Positions 41,046 through 55,345 of a DNA stretch of 64,000 nucleotides are shown here, one piece after another. The notes beneath the pieces are model-generated. The model had not been told where the DNA came from. It made no database searches and saw only the letters and a list, made by a program, of their open reading frames with translations. Position 1 is the first letter of the stretch; each line of letters begins with the position of its first letter. A program made the position numbers and the translations under genes. Origin of the DNA: the human T2T-CHM13v2.0 reference genome, Homo sapiens. The stretch is from assembly GCF_009914755.1 (NCBI RefSeq), contig NC_060930.1, one strand, 5' to 3'.

Positions 41046-42473
41046 CATTGTGGATAGTATGTTGTCCCCAGGTACAGCGGGGACACTGCAGAAGCACTGT
41101 CATTAAGGCATGCACTTGGAGTTGTTTTTCCTGTAGGGGGAACATGTTTTAGTCAACCAATATCTGTTCACAAATCTGGCGTCTTTTGGGGAATTGTTTG
41201 GGAACTGCCTGGCCTGGGTAAAGAGAGGCATTTCCAGAAGAATATAATTCCAGGCTCAAAGACAGCTGATTCACAGTACCGGTTCTGCCAGTCACCACTG
41301 GGTCCTTTGTGCAGTCACTCCATTCTCTGAGTTGTGACTGAAGGATTATGAGAGCCACCTTGGCTAGGTCATTGTCCACCTGAGATGAGGTCACAAATAT
41401 AAAGCACCCAGAAGAGTGTTTGGCCCCCAGATGGTACATGGTGGTAATTGGTCCCCTTCTGCTGTGGCCTAACCACAACTTCCCAGACCAGATCACTGGT
41501 AAATGTCCTCCAGGCTTCTTCAAACCTGTTTCTTGTACTTGCCAAGAAGGATATGACATCCTAAGGCGCTCAGATGACCTCCCTTCCCAGAGACAACTTA
41601 GCTCAAACATAGAAAAGCCCAGTCATTAGAAGGGAATTCAATCAATAAGCAGGACTAAAACTAGGTAGAGGAAATCCTTTCATTAAGTATTTAAATGCCT
41701 TTTGCGATCTGAGTTTACATAGATATCATAGAGGGCTACTTGTTAATCACTTCTTTTTCACAAGTATAAGGCTAGCTGGTTCCTTTTCCTGACTGCTCCT
41801 TCTGGACTTTGGGGGATGAATGGGAGGTTCGAGGCCACATGGTGGGGACCCTCTCATTGGCCTTATCCTACCATTAATAGGAATATGTGCACTCTGGCAG
41901 GTCAGGACTCCCAACCCAGGGTCTCAGAGTCCTCTGAAAATGGAAAATCTTGAAGGCCTTCTGATCACCAGGAGTCTGAACTTCATTTCTTCCTTCTGCT
42001 GAAGATTCCCCTAAGGCACTACTTATCTTAAGAACTTCCCTGAAACCCCCTACTCCCTACCCCCAGAGATTTTCCACTCCCTTCCAGGAGCCCCCATTCC
42101 ACTGGAAGTACACTTCTTTGAAACCTCTGCAAAGCTTTCCTGGTCCTGTAAGTTTACCTTCATGGGCTCCTTAGAGCCTATGCAAACCTCAAAAGTGAGG
42201 ATTATGTTTGTGTTTAGTCCTGAGCTCCAGCATCCAGTTTATTGGCTAGCACATAATAGGTGTTTACTTATGTTGAAGGAATTTCATGTTAAAGAGACGA
42301 TAAGCAAGGTACTTTAATCCACTGTAGTTCACCTATGCTTACTCATAACATGGGGATAATAAGAGTTCTTACCTATCTCATAGGGTTTTATGAGCATTAA
42401 ATGAGACAACCCATTGTTAATGTTTAGCACAGTGTCTAGCACATAGTCATCACTCAGTGCATATTAACCATCA

Positions 42474-42954
<481 letters not shown>

Positions 42955-43239
42955 TTAAATACAGCGCTTATGAGGTCTCTGCCTGAGGGCCCATGGTTTT
43001 CAACTTTGCTCAGACCTGCATTTAAGCAGAAGCTCAGGCAAAAGGACGATGGGGAGGGATTGTCTTCCTCAGTATTCTTCTGGCCTTTGAGGAAGAAATG
43101 AAAAGAATTCTGTAATCATTCATTGACATGGCTTCCGTGTAAAAATTTTTGAGCCTCAGGCTGAAGAAAACAGAGCAGGGGAAGATATTTAGGAGGGAAA
43201 CTATTTTACACAAAGGTAACGTGTGTGAGAAATAAAGAC

Positions 43240-43529
<290 letters not shown>

Positions 43530-44412
43530 GAAATAAAGACCTCTTAAAGCAGAAGGCAAAGGTACATGTCTCTGGAAATTCAGAAGTGTTATTTAGTGAT
43601 CTAGATGAAGAATATATGGGAGGAGACATGAGAGCCTCTGTACAGAATCATTCATGTAAATGTTTGCCCAGAAACCCAACTGACTGAGGCCATAATTCAC
43701 CCTTGGGAAACCACCAGAGAAGCTCATTGGATCATAGCTATGAGCGAAGAGCTGTTGCTAGCGAATCAATACTGCTATCTCTATAAGCACCCACCTTATA
43801 TCTCTGTGACTGCATCTAATTTTTAATAAGCTTGTAATCAATGATTTTTATTATTTTGTATAAATTTCCAAAAGGCTAGTTCAAGTAAAAAAAAGAAATC
43901 CTGAACATTTTCAGCTGGAGAGTTTTTAGGAATAATTACATGTACATTAAGCAATATTTTTCTGGTGAAGGTGTATATTTTTCTCTCCTTCCTTCCTTCT
44001 CTTCCTGCCTCCCTCCTCTCTTTATTTTATTCCAGAGAGACTGCCATAGGTTTACCAAATACCCGAATAACCCTTTCTTGTTTTATCTGACCCATTCATC
44101 TTGTACACGTATTTATTATGATATGAGCACAGAGACTTTTGTTTTCTGTTTTAAACATTTGTTTTTGGATGTTCGGCAGATTGCATGCCTAAAGAATGCT
44201 TTGACTAAGAATTCCTAAACACAGATTATGGCTTTGGGCAGAGACCTCTTTCCCCAGTGCCTCAGGTTCCTAGTCTCCACTGCTGACGTGCAGTCAGAAT
44301 GAACTAATTCACACCCCAGTCTAGGCATCTGGGTCACTTCGTGCACATGCTGTGAAAAGGCCGCTCCTTCCCTTTCTTCAGCCACTACTCGGCATTACTC
44401 AGGCACTTCGGA

Positions 44413-44443
44413 AGCAGTGACTCAGGAGACCAGCAGGTGGCAC
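44413..44443 (+). promoter_or_regulatory. Candidate CTCF site (core plus upstream module) overlapping AP-1
   Basis: Core CCAGCAGGTGGCAC 44430-44443; GCAGT 44414-44418, 11 nt upstream of the core; TGACTCA 44418-44424. Confidence 0.55.
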
Positions 44444-45564
44444 ATGGGAACCAGACTACACACTCCTGTGGCCCAGGACAAAGAGATGGGAGAGGAAGGA
44501 TTTCGTGCAAGGCCAGCTGGCTGATTTCCTCAGTGTTGGCGGATTGAATGCTGCCCATGAGGACTACAGAAATCTTCATGGACTGCAGGACCTCAATGAT
44601 TAAAGACAGGGAGGCAGGGAGGAGGGCAAGATCAGGGTGACACTAAAGGATGGGGACATTACAGTCAGTCTTTCAACCTCTGCTAATCCTCTCCCTTAAC
44701 CCCTTACCTCACAGGGGGGTTGTAAGCTGAAGGACATATCATAGGTAAAGCAACAAGCCTGGTTGGGGAGCTTAACACTGGTAGCTGTTAAAATAGTTAT
44801 TATCTGGTTGGGTTGAACACAATCCAGTGGTGTTATTTAGGCATTTTTGACTAATCTAGAGGTTGTATGCAGGTGTTTCTGATTCATTCATCTGTTCATT
44901 TGTGTTTCCAACCAGTGACTATATATGGAGTAGGTTCTCTTCCCTTTGCATGGCTTAAGTACACGAAGGTGCACAAGGCCCAGTCTTCAGGAAAACAAAC
45001 AACCCACTGTAGTGAAGTCAGTAGGAGGATGAGAGATAGGTTATATGGAAAAACCAACAATTTAACTTGATAATCAACACTCTAGGCAGAATAGTTAGGT
45101 TTTGGGATGATGGTTTTGATGGTGGGGAAGCTAAGACAGGAAGATGAAGGAAAAAAGGACCATTTGCAACCATATATAAGGAAAGGGCATTTATAAATCA
45201 GAATAATTTCTAATTGTTAAAATAATCACTATGCTCACACATTCTATTTAACCTTCCTCTTTTAGCTGGATATACTGTGGGGCTTTTATAGAAAGCAATA
45301 CTTTGAGGGTAATTTAGCCACTTTGAAAAAAGAATATATATAATATATGAAGGGTTATTTTTACAGAGAACAATGCTCAGTTACTCCCTGTTTCCAGAGT
45401 AGAAGAGGAAAAGAGCTTTACCTAGAGCAAGAAAATAGAAAAGGCTTTTTAGCACTGAGAAGTGTTCATTCCTGGTGAGTTACCCCCAGAAAATGTTGGC
45501 ATTGTTTTAGATCTGGACTAGTTTAGATATGGCTCTCTTAGGGAAAAGGAATACACAAGAGTGC

Positions 45565-45899
<335 letters not shown>

Positions 45900-48658
45900 T
45901 AGGATGAACAGAATCTGTATCTTTTCTAGAGAAAAGAAAGACAAAGAATGGCTTAATCACTGACTGTCAAATAAATGAAGGCCTATCAACTGGAGAGAAA
46001 CTGTTAGATAAAAGAGAGAGAGAACTAAAACAAAAGATCTACCCTAGAAGGAAGCACCATTTTGATTCTAAAGATTGTGGGAGTCTCTTGGGGTAAGTAA
46101 TAAGAAACTATGGAATGTTAGTTTGGGGAAAATAGGTTCTCTTCCTCTTGTGTAAATGGGCAAATTTTTGGTCACAATTTCAATATGTGCTTATTGGCTG
46201 AGTTGGGTGGGATGTTGACAAGATCACCTCTAAGATCTTCATGTTCTGGAAACTTCCCAGTGGTGGGGTAGACCTCATTTCCAAGTTGGCAAAGATGGTG
46301 AACATCTAAATGAAGCCTTTGCAATGAACTAGGTTCTTACAGTCTCATCACAGACTAAAACCCAAATTTCCACAAATCATTTAGGAATAATGCATCCAGC
46401 TACAGGTGAAGTTCTAAGTGGAAATGGACCATCCCTGCCTTTGGTCTTTGCCAGACTAAAGCTAAAGTGGTAGAAAATACCTGAGACTTTTTATAATGCA
46501 GAGTATGGATTTTACTCAGAGTGCAGAGGACAGAATTGCACAGGATCTAAGGGCCACAAAGTGATTTTTAGTAAATATTCAACCACTTTAGGAGAATTCT
46601 AATAAATAGTCAAGGTAGAGAAATTGGGGTCTAAATCCTAAGACTCATGCTCCCTTCTGAAAAAATTGTATCTGCAAAGATCAGCAGCCAAGTGAAGAAT
46701 ACTAACCATATTTATTAACATCTCAGCAAGCTTCCAATTACAACAATACTACCCCACTTGCCCTGTGAAAAGTGTCTCTGGTTAATTTGAAACCTAGCAT
46801 GTGGCTTAGGCTGAAGGCCACAGGGGAGCCAAAGAGCTTCTTCCTAACAGGGAAGGTCCTGACTATCCTGATTCCCACACAAGAACAAGAGTTCATAGAG
46901 CAAGAAGCGGACAAGGAGACACAGGCCTGCCCTTGCAGGCTGGTCCTTCCTCAGTCAGCAACAGCGAGTAGAAGACCAGGTGCTTGCAGCTGCCTATCAC
47001 TGTTCAACGCTGTGCCCTTACCCGATGAAGGTCAGGGCTGGAGAGCAGATTAGCAACTCTTCCTCTTGTGTAAATGAGCAAGCAACAGGGTGCTGTGTGT
47101 ATAATCAAGGCGGAAACAAGGAGATAGGAAGAAAGTTCTTTCAACCAAATGCCCTCCTTAACATTTCTGTTACCACTTATGTAACCCAGAGCATTGTCCA
47201 TCTGATTAAATCTGAACATTAATGAAGAATAGCTTCATTTTAGCAGCCTTAAATGAACATGAACTCTGGAAGGAGAATTTGTAACACTTATTCCTGATTT
47301 TGTTGTTGTTGTTGAGCTTTAAAATCCTTAAGTTGGATCTCATTTTAGATAAGGACTGAGGTTGAGAATAGGTTCAGAAGTCCTAATGGTCTCTTTGTAT
47401 TTCAATATAAGACATTTCCTTCCCTAACTTGGCTCAGAAAAGTACACGTCAAAGTGAATATGGGAACTATAGAAACCCTAATGGTGAGGAGTGAGGGCAA
47501 AATACTGGGCTAAGAATTCTCCCTCAGTATCACCTGGACTGTTAGTAATTGCAAAATAAGTTTGGAAAGACAGACAAGGTTTGTATCATGTATACCACAA
47601 TCAACCAAACCATCAAATATTTCTCTTGCCTGTGATCATGACATTCAATCATCAGGGGAGAGTTTAATCTAACCACAGATTGACAAGAAAATAAAAATAG
47701 AGAAAAGTAGTCCAGGGAAACTAACTGTGCCTTTATGATAATGGCAGCTTCCTCTTGTTGGGTCATGTTGCCCTTTTTCAGGTCTAGATACCAGATGCTA
47801 CTGTAGCAGGTGCCAGGCCAGGAGACCCCCACTGTCATCATCAGCACCCCCAACTCCCTGAACATCAGACAACGTTGTGTCAGTAACTGCCTCTACTTGG
47901 GCTGACAGTAACTGAAAAAAAATGTTAGTTCAGAAGTAAACAAAGCCACCTGGAAGAAAACCAAAGCTGGGGAATTGCTGTGACCGACTGATTTACCCTC
48001 CTGAATCTTCTGAGCCCCACAGCTTCAGCACCAGTGCCTGGGCACCCTGGCATCCAGGATGTGGAGGGCTGGCCTGCTTCGAAGGCAGTCATATACATGT
48101 CAACCTTCCTCTGTCCCCTGTGCCCTCTGTTTTGCCATATCCATGCCCCAGCTGGCCTCCTGGCTCTCCCTACCCATGCCTGGTCTCTCTACCTCTTGCA
48201 GATGAGCTGCCTGATCACATACACATTGGTTTCCACCCCAACACTTTGGCTCCAGCAGGCATTGGAGCTTTGTAACCATCATAATCAGCCTAACCTCTGC
48301 CTCTCTACTGGGCTTTGGATTTTTCTTCTAGAATAATTTCCTTAGAGCTGTATTTCTGTGGGCTTATTAAAAATGCAGAAATGCAGTTTTCCTGAACGAC
48401 TCAGAATATCTGGCAGCTGGGCCTGGGAACTAGTACTTTACCAAGTCCTCCAGGTGATCTGGAAGTCCACGGAAGTGGAGAAACCTGGCCTTGGGGAATA
48501 GCTGTGGTTCTCTTACAGTTCCGTGTTCTATGATGGAGGCTGTACCACAGTGACTGCTGTCGAACACGTTTATCACATCTTCTAGAGTGGAAGGACGATT
48601 CCCCAACCATGAGCCTGTTATAACCCTTCCCCAGCTTAGAAGAAATATTTCTTGTGGC

Positions 48659-49215
<557 letters not shown>

Positions 49216-49812
49216 CTTTGTTTTACTCCCTCTCCCAGGGGATCTGGATCATAAATACCAAGCAAATGGAATCATGAAATCCTGTAATTTAAAAGCGGTT
49301 TTAAACCTTTTCACTACTAAAGATTCCTTTATATTATTTCTGCCCACTGCCATTCATTAATGCATATTTTGATAGATTACTAATCTGAAAATTGATATAA
49401 AATATATAATTTTCAATGACTTTTTGAAATGTTGAAAATAACTCATGAGCTTCTACAATTTCCTTTGAGCTCCCAGGAGTTTGGAAACCTAATTATCACC
49501 CTCGTTTTACAAATGAGGAAGCAGAAATCCAGGAAGGATAGTGGCTTGCTAGTTATGGAGTCAGGAACAGATATAAGGTTTCCTCCTTCCCGTCCAGGGG
49601 CTTTGTTATTCAATATCATGCTCAATCAATCAATCCATCATTCAAGTTGTCACTGAGCACCTACTATATGCCTGGTAGGCAAGATGATGTGGGGGATACA
49701 GAAGAACTGCCACTGTGGCTTCTGTATTCAATAAATTTACAGTCTATTTGGGGAAACAAGGCTTAGACATAAAAGGCATTACATAAAATCACAAGATAGC
49801 ATGTTTCTAAAG

Positions 49813-49968
49813 CAGTGTTTCTCATCCTTGGCTGCATATCAGAATCACCCAGGGAGCTTTCCAAAGCTCCAGAAGCTTCCAGAAAAAGGATCATCTTCAA
49901 AGTTGGAGGCCCAGGCATGTGTATTTAAAAAAAAAAAAAAATAGTCCAGCCAGGGTTGAGAACCACAG
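49813..49968. mobile_element. MER5B-like MITE containing a heat-shock element
   Basis: CAGTGTTTCTCATCCTTGGCTGCATATCAGAATCACC...CAGCCAGGGTTGAGAACCAC. Confidence 0.8.
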
Positions 49969-49999
49969 TTGCAAAGTAACAGGATTCACAATAGCAACT

Positions 50000-51010
50000 T
50001 CAAAAGTTCCACGTGTAAAGACAAGATCGGGCTACAACGGTCAGGGTACCTCTGAGAAATAATGAGACCTTGGATTGGATGGAAAAGGTTTGGCTAAGTG
50101 GAGAGTGGGGGAAGGAAACCACCTGAGGAAGTCTAGAAAGGAATCAGGGGCTTGAGGAGACAGAAAAATGGGGTTGGTGAGTGGCCAGTTTCAACTGGTG
50201 GGGGTTCCTGGAGGTAGGCGTGGAAGGGAAGGGTGCATTCAAAGTAGGTGGGGGGCCTCTCAAGTCAGTCACAGGAGCTTGTTTTTTAAAATAACTGCGT
50301 GCAGGTTCTGGAATAAAGATCTTATATAACTCACGTGCAGAATTAACCATTCAGAGAAGCATTTTCTTTCAAGCGTCCAGGATATCCGAATGATCTTGCC
50401 GAAGCCCTCACTCTCTAGAAAAAGGAAAGCACTGGATTCTCAGATGAAAGGACTGGAGTTGGGAGAATGGACTTAGGAGGAAACAGGAAGCGGGGTAATC
50501 GCTCCACCTGGCACCTGGAGCTTGCAGCGCCCCAGAGCTGTGCGTGGGGAGGAGAGAAACTGGGGGCAGTAAAAATGCTGGGTGAGGGAGAGAATAAAGG
50601 GCTGCAAAGGGCAGGTTTCTGCTTGTAAATGAGTGACCAGGGTGCACCCAGGAGGCGATTCTGAACTAGAGAGCATAGGATAGGCCTCCCGGCCTTCCTG
50701 GGGGCAGAGTTGCAACGCCTTGCAGCTCCTGCTGGGGACCTACACCAAAGTATGGCTTGCTTGGAGACAACTGCAGTGACTGCACGAGCAGGTGTGGGTT
50801 CTCTGGGAAGCATGCATATTCTCCCGGGATCCCATTGCGGTGTTGGCAACGGGGAAGCTGGAGGCTGTGGAGAAACTGAGGAGATGCTCCAGGTATTATC
50901 CCATCTTTTGAGCCTGAGGGAGAAATTTGCAGGGGCTGAGATTTATTGCTTTTTACCCTGATCATATTCCTCCGCTGGTGGTTGAGAAAAACTGTTGAAG
51001 GGAATACGTT
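50000..51010. promoter_or_regulatory. CpG-enriched promoter/enhancer-like region
   Basis: About 20 CpGs in 1 kb of non-repeat DNA. CACGTG 50010 and 50332; GCGTG 50218, 50297, 50542; TATATAA 50323-50329; CAGGAAG ETS near 50484; tandem CACCTG near 50505-50517. Confidence 0.45.
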
Positions 51011-51369
51011 TACAGAAGCAGTTTTGGTGGCAGTGTCTAACTTAGAATGAGGGTGGTGAGGCAAATCTGGGTGCCTCACCAGATGGATAAAGTGAAGAGG
51101 GCCTGGATGAGGCAGAAGGCAGTGAGAATGGGGAAGGAGGCCTGGAACGCCAGCTACTGTCTTTTTATATGGAAAGTGTCACAGAATAGATCACATGAGG
51201 TACACAAGTGTGCGCAGACCTAATGTAAGGATATGTGTGGCTGTCTACTAACACTCTATACGTTTGTTCAAAACTTATGAACCCCACTGATTAATAGGCC
51301 CCTGGAATATGATGGAGATGTAGGATCAAGGGTCCCTCTGGGCTGACTCAGAAGATCTCTGAACAAGGG

Positions 51370-51724
51370 TGTATTAGTCTGTTTTCACGCTGCTAATAAA
51401 GACATACCCAAGACAGGGAACAAAAAGAGGCTTAATTGGACTTACAGTTCCACATGGCTGGAGAGGCCTCAGAATCATGGCAGGAGGTGAAAGGCACTTC
51501 TTACATGGGCGTGGCAAGAGAAAAATGAGGAGGAAGCAAAAGCGGAAACCTCCGATAAACCCATCAGATCTCGTGAGACTTACTCACTGTCATGAGAATA
51601 GCACAGGAAAGACAGGCCTCCATGATTCAATTACCTCTCCCTGGGTCCCTCCCACAACACGTGGGAATTCTGGGAGATACAATTTAAGTTGAGATTTGGG
51701 TGGGGACACAGCCAAAACCTATCA
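51370..51724 (-). mobile_element. THE1A-like MaLR solo LTR
   Basis: TGTATTAGTCTGTTTTCACGCTGCT...GGAGGTGAAAGGCACTTCTTACATGG...GGGGACACAGCCAAAACCTATCA. Perfect TSD AAGGG (51365-51369, 51725-51729). Confidence 0.95.
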
Positions 51725-51847
51725 AAGGGTGAGACAACAGGAGCACTGCGGGCACTCTCCAAGGCCATTCCAGGAGGCATGGTGCTCTCCTGCCTGTGTT
51801 GGGGAAGAGGGATGCTGGAGGCAGAAGAGGGGGAGTGCATTGTAAGT

Positions 51848-52014
51848 CAGAGGAAGATTTACCATGAAGCTAATAAAGCTTAAATTTTAGGGCCTCTCAC
51901 TTGAATAGGTCTCCTTCAAGGCCTTGTACTTAATTTTCTCTTTGGTTTTTTTTTTCATAAAAGGTCTCCCAAACTATACAGGCCTCATGGCCTCCAAATC
52001 CTGCGTCTGCCCCC
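51848..52014. mobile_element. MER53-like hAT MITE
   Basis: CAGAGGAAGATTTACCATGAAGCTAATAAAGCTTAA...GGGCCTCTCACTTG...TCTGCCCC. Confidence 0.75.
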
Positions 52015-52281
52015 AGTCACCCATATAGCGACTCTCCCTGCTACTCTCATGCCTCAAAACAGGTTTTTATTATCCCACTACTTTCTGGCATGATGTATTG
52101 TTGTTGAAAAATCAGCTAATGGCTTAACCAGGGCGTCCATCTTATACAACCCCAGGGGGCCCCTCTAGTCTATTTAATTGGGAGCCCCTAGAGTTTGTCC
52201 TATGTCTATGCGTCATTCTTTTGTTGCTTGCATTTTAGATTTTTCTTTTTTTTTTTTTTTTATGATTTTTCAGTTTCATGA

Positions 52282-52603
<322 letters not shown>

Positions 52604-52845
52604 GTGTGTTTCTTTTCATTTATTCTACATGGGAATTATGGAGCTTTGTCATTAGCAAATCAATATCTCTTATCAATTCTGGGAAATTGTCAGTCATATC
52701 TTTAGATATTGCTTCTGCCTCTCTGTCCACTTTCTTTTAGGAACTCTGATTAAACATATGTCACACCTTCTTCTTCTATCTTTCTTGTTTCTTAATATTT
52801 GTTCCTTGTTTTGCATGTTTCTGTTTTCTGTGCTTCATTTTAGAC

Positions 52846-53066
52846 CAGAGGTTGGCAAGCTACCGCCTTTGAGCCAAGTCTATCCCACTGCCCGCTTTTG
52901 TAAATAAGAGTTCCACTGAAACACAGCTACACTGCTTTGTTTACATCTTGTGTGGGGCTGCTTTCACATTCTAATGACAGAGTTTAGTGGATACAACAGA
53001 GACCATAGGGCCTACAAGCCTGAAATACTCACTATCTGATCCTTTACAGAAAAAGTTTGCTCCCCC
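52846..53066 (+). mobile_element. MER58A hAT-Charlie MITE
   Basis: CAGAGGTTGGCAAGCT...TTTTGTAAATAA...CCTTTACAGAAAAAGTTTGC; 8-bp TSD TTTTAGAC/TTGTAGAC. Confidence 0.9.
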
Positions 53067-55022
53067 TTGTAGACAATTTCTTATCTTCCAGTTCACAAAT
53101 TCTCTCTTCCGTCTTTATTCCGCTGCTAACATTGTCCACTGAGTTTTTCATATTGGTTATTGCATTTTTTATTTTAAATGAACCCTTATAAATCTGGCAG
53201 GTCATTATTATTATTATTTACAATTTCCTGTCCCTGATGATATAGCATTGTAAAAAAGTATTAAACATAAATTCCAAAGCTGTGAGAGACTGAATATTTA
53301 AACAATGTGATATGTCTAATATCTTTAGTCTTTACAGGTTGGTTTCTGCAGTCTGCTTTTTTTTTTAGAGAATATGAGCACAAATCTTTCAAATGTAAAC
53401 AGCACAAGAGGTATCATTGCCCATATTTCCAAATACTAAAATTTTTTATTTTAAAGGGCAAACCTAGACAGTTAAATTCAGTTCAATAAATATACAATTA
53501 GTCTGTATCATGTCCTGAGTAATAAATATTAAGTAAATATATTTTCTTTGTATTTCTTTTTGCTTTATTATTTTAATTGTGTCTAGCTCATTGTTCTTGA
53601 AAAACTATCTGTGGCAGTTCTTTGAGGCCTGGGATTAAAAGGTGTTTCTCCAAGGAGAACTTGTTAGTGATCTGCCTGGTGCCTATACCAAATTTTGGAG
53701 GTTCCCTGGAGTACTCAACCTGCAAATCATCTCAGAGGTAATTCATGGCCAGAATGTTTCAGGAGTATTTTTTCCCCTTATTTTTCCTGTTGCTAAAAAG
53801 ATTAATGTTGTGTTGGAGAAATTCTGCTCTAGACTGTGCAATCATTAGTAGCAGGGACTGAGTTCTTTTCATCATTGAGTTCCTGCCACCCAGCACAGTA
53901 CTTGGCCTAATACTTATTGAATGAGTGAGTGAGTAAATAAATAGGTTCTACTGATTTTGCTTCCTAAATGGTTCTCAAATATGTCTTTTCATCCTCTTTC
54001 CCATTCTCATAGTCCTGGTCCCCATCACCTTTATCTGGACTATTACGATGTAATAATCTCCCAGTTGAGTGGTCCATAGCTAAGGGAATATTTTAGAATT
54101 CCGGTGGTGGGTCAAAAATACATATGTTTTTAAAAATCTGAGATGAGTTGAGGAAATCTCTAGTTTAAAGTATTCCACAGAATATTCTAATATGTACCTT
54201 CAGTGAGAGGCACTCCACACCAACTTGTCTTCAGTTTTGCACCTCTTAAGTTCAGCCTCCCTACTTCACTCTCCTAGAGAAACACTACAGGGGCTCTTTA
54301 TCACCTATAGCATAAAATCCAAGCTGGTTAGCTTGGTTTACAAGGGCTCCATCCCCTGCTGTGTACTCCATGCTTTAGTGGCACTCAACTTTGTGCATTA
54401 CTGTCTTGTCACATCCCATCTTGTCTCCCACATCTTGCTTTTGTTCAGGCTATTCTCTGTGCCCACAGTCCCCTTTTTGTCTTTATTCACGGACATTCTC
54501 CTACTTGCTTTGTAGGACCCAGCTCAGCTTCAGGAAGCCTCCCCAGGCCCAAAGACTGGGTTAGAGCTTCTCCCTCCTGGTGCAATGCTTCATTAATTAC
54601 ATAACCAAGTCTATTATACACAAAGTGTAACCTCCCACTAGAGTGGGAGTTCCTCAAGGGACTTAAGGTACTCATCTTCGTTAGCCTAGCACGGTGCTCA
54701 GAAAACGGTAAGAATAAAATAGGTATTTACTACTCAGGACATAGTACAGAGTTATTGTATATTTATTGAACTGAATTGAGCTGTCTAGTTTGCCCTTTAA
54801 AACCAGGTGTTTTAGTATTTGGAAATATGGACAATGATACCTTTGGTGTTCCTTAAATTCACCAGATTCGTGATCATATTCTCCAACTAAATTCAGTTGT
54901 TTTCAGTTGTGTTAGGAAGAAGATGAGATGTAACTTGGGGGTTAAAACATAAATCCCAGGTGAAATAGAAAACGGGATGATTTTCAAATGAAGAGGGAGA
55001 AATATAACTATTAAGAATCCAT

Positions 55023-55345
55023 AGCCGGACATGGCAGCTCACACCTGTAATCCCAGCACTTTGGGAGGCTGAGGTGGGTGGATCACCTGAGGTCAGGAGT
55101 TTGAGACTAGCCTGGCCAACATGGTGAAACCTGTCTCTACTAAAAATACAAAAAATTAGCCTGGCGTGATGGTGGGCGTAATCCCAGCTACTCTGGAGGC
55201 TGAGGCAGGAGAATTGCTTGAACCAGGGAGGCAGAGGTTGCAGTGAGCCGAGCCGAGGTCATGCAACTGCACTCTAGCCTGGGCAACAAGAGTGAAACTC
55301 TGCCTCAAAAAAAAAAAAAAAAAAAAAAAGAAAAAGAAAAAAGAG
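55023..55345 (+). mobile_element. AluSq-like
   Basis: GGCAACAAGAGTGAAACTC; long A tail followed by (GA)n. Confidence 0.95.
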
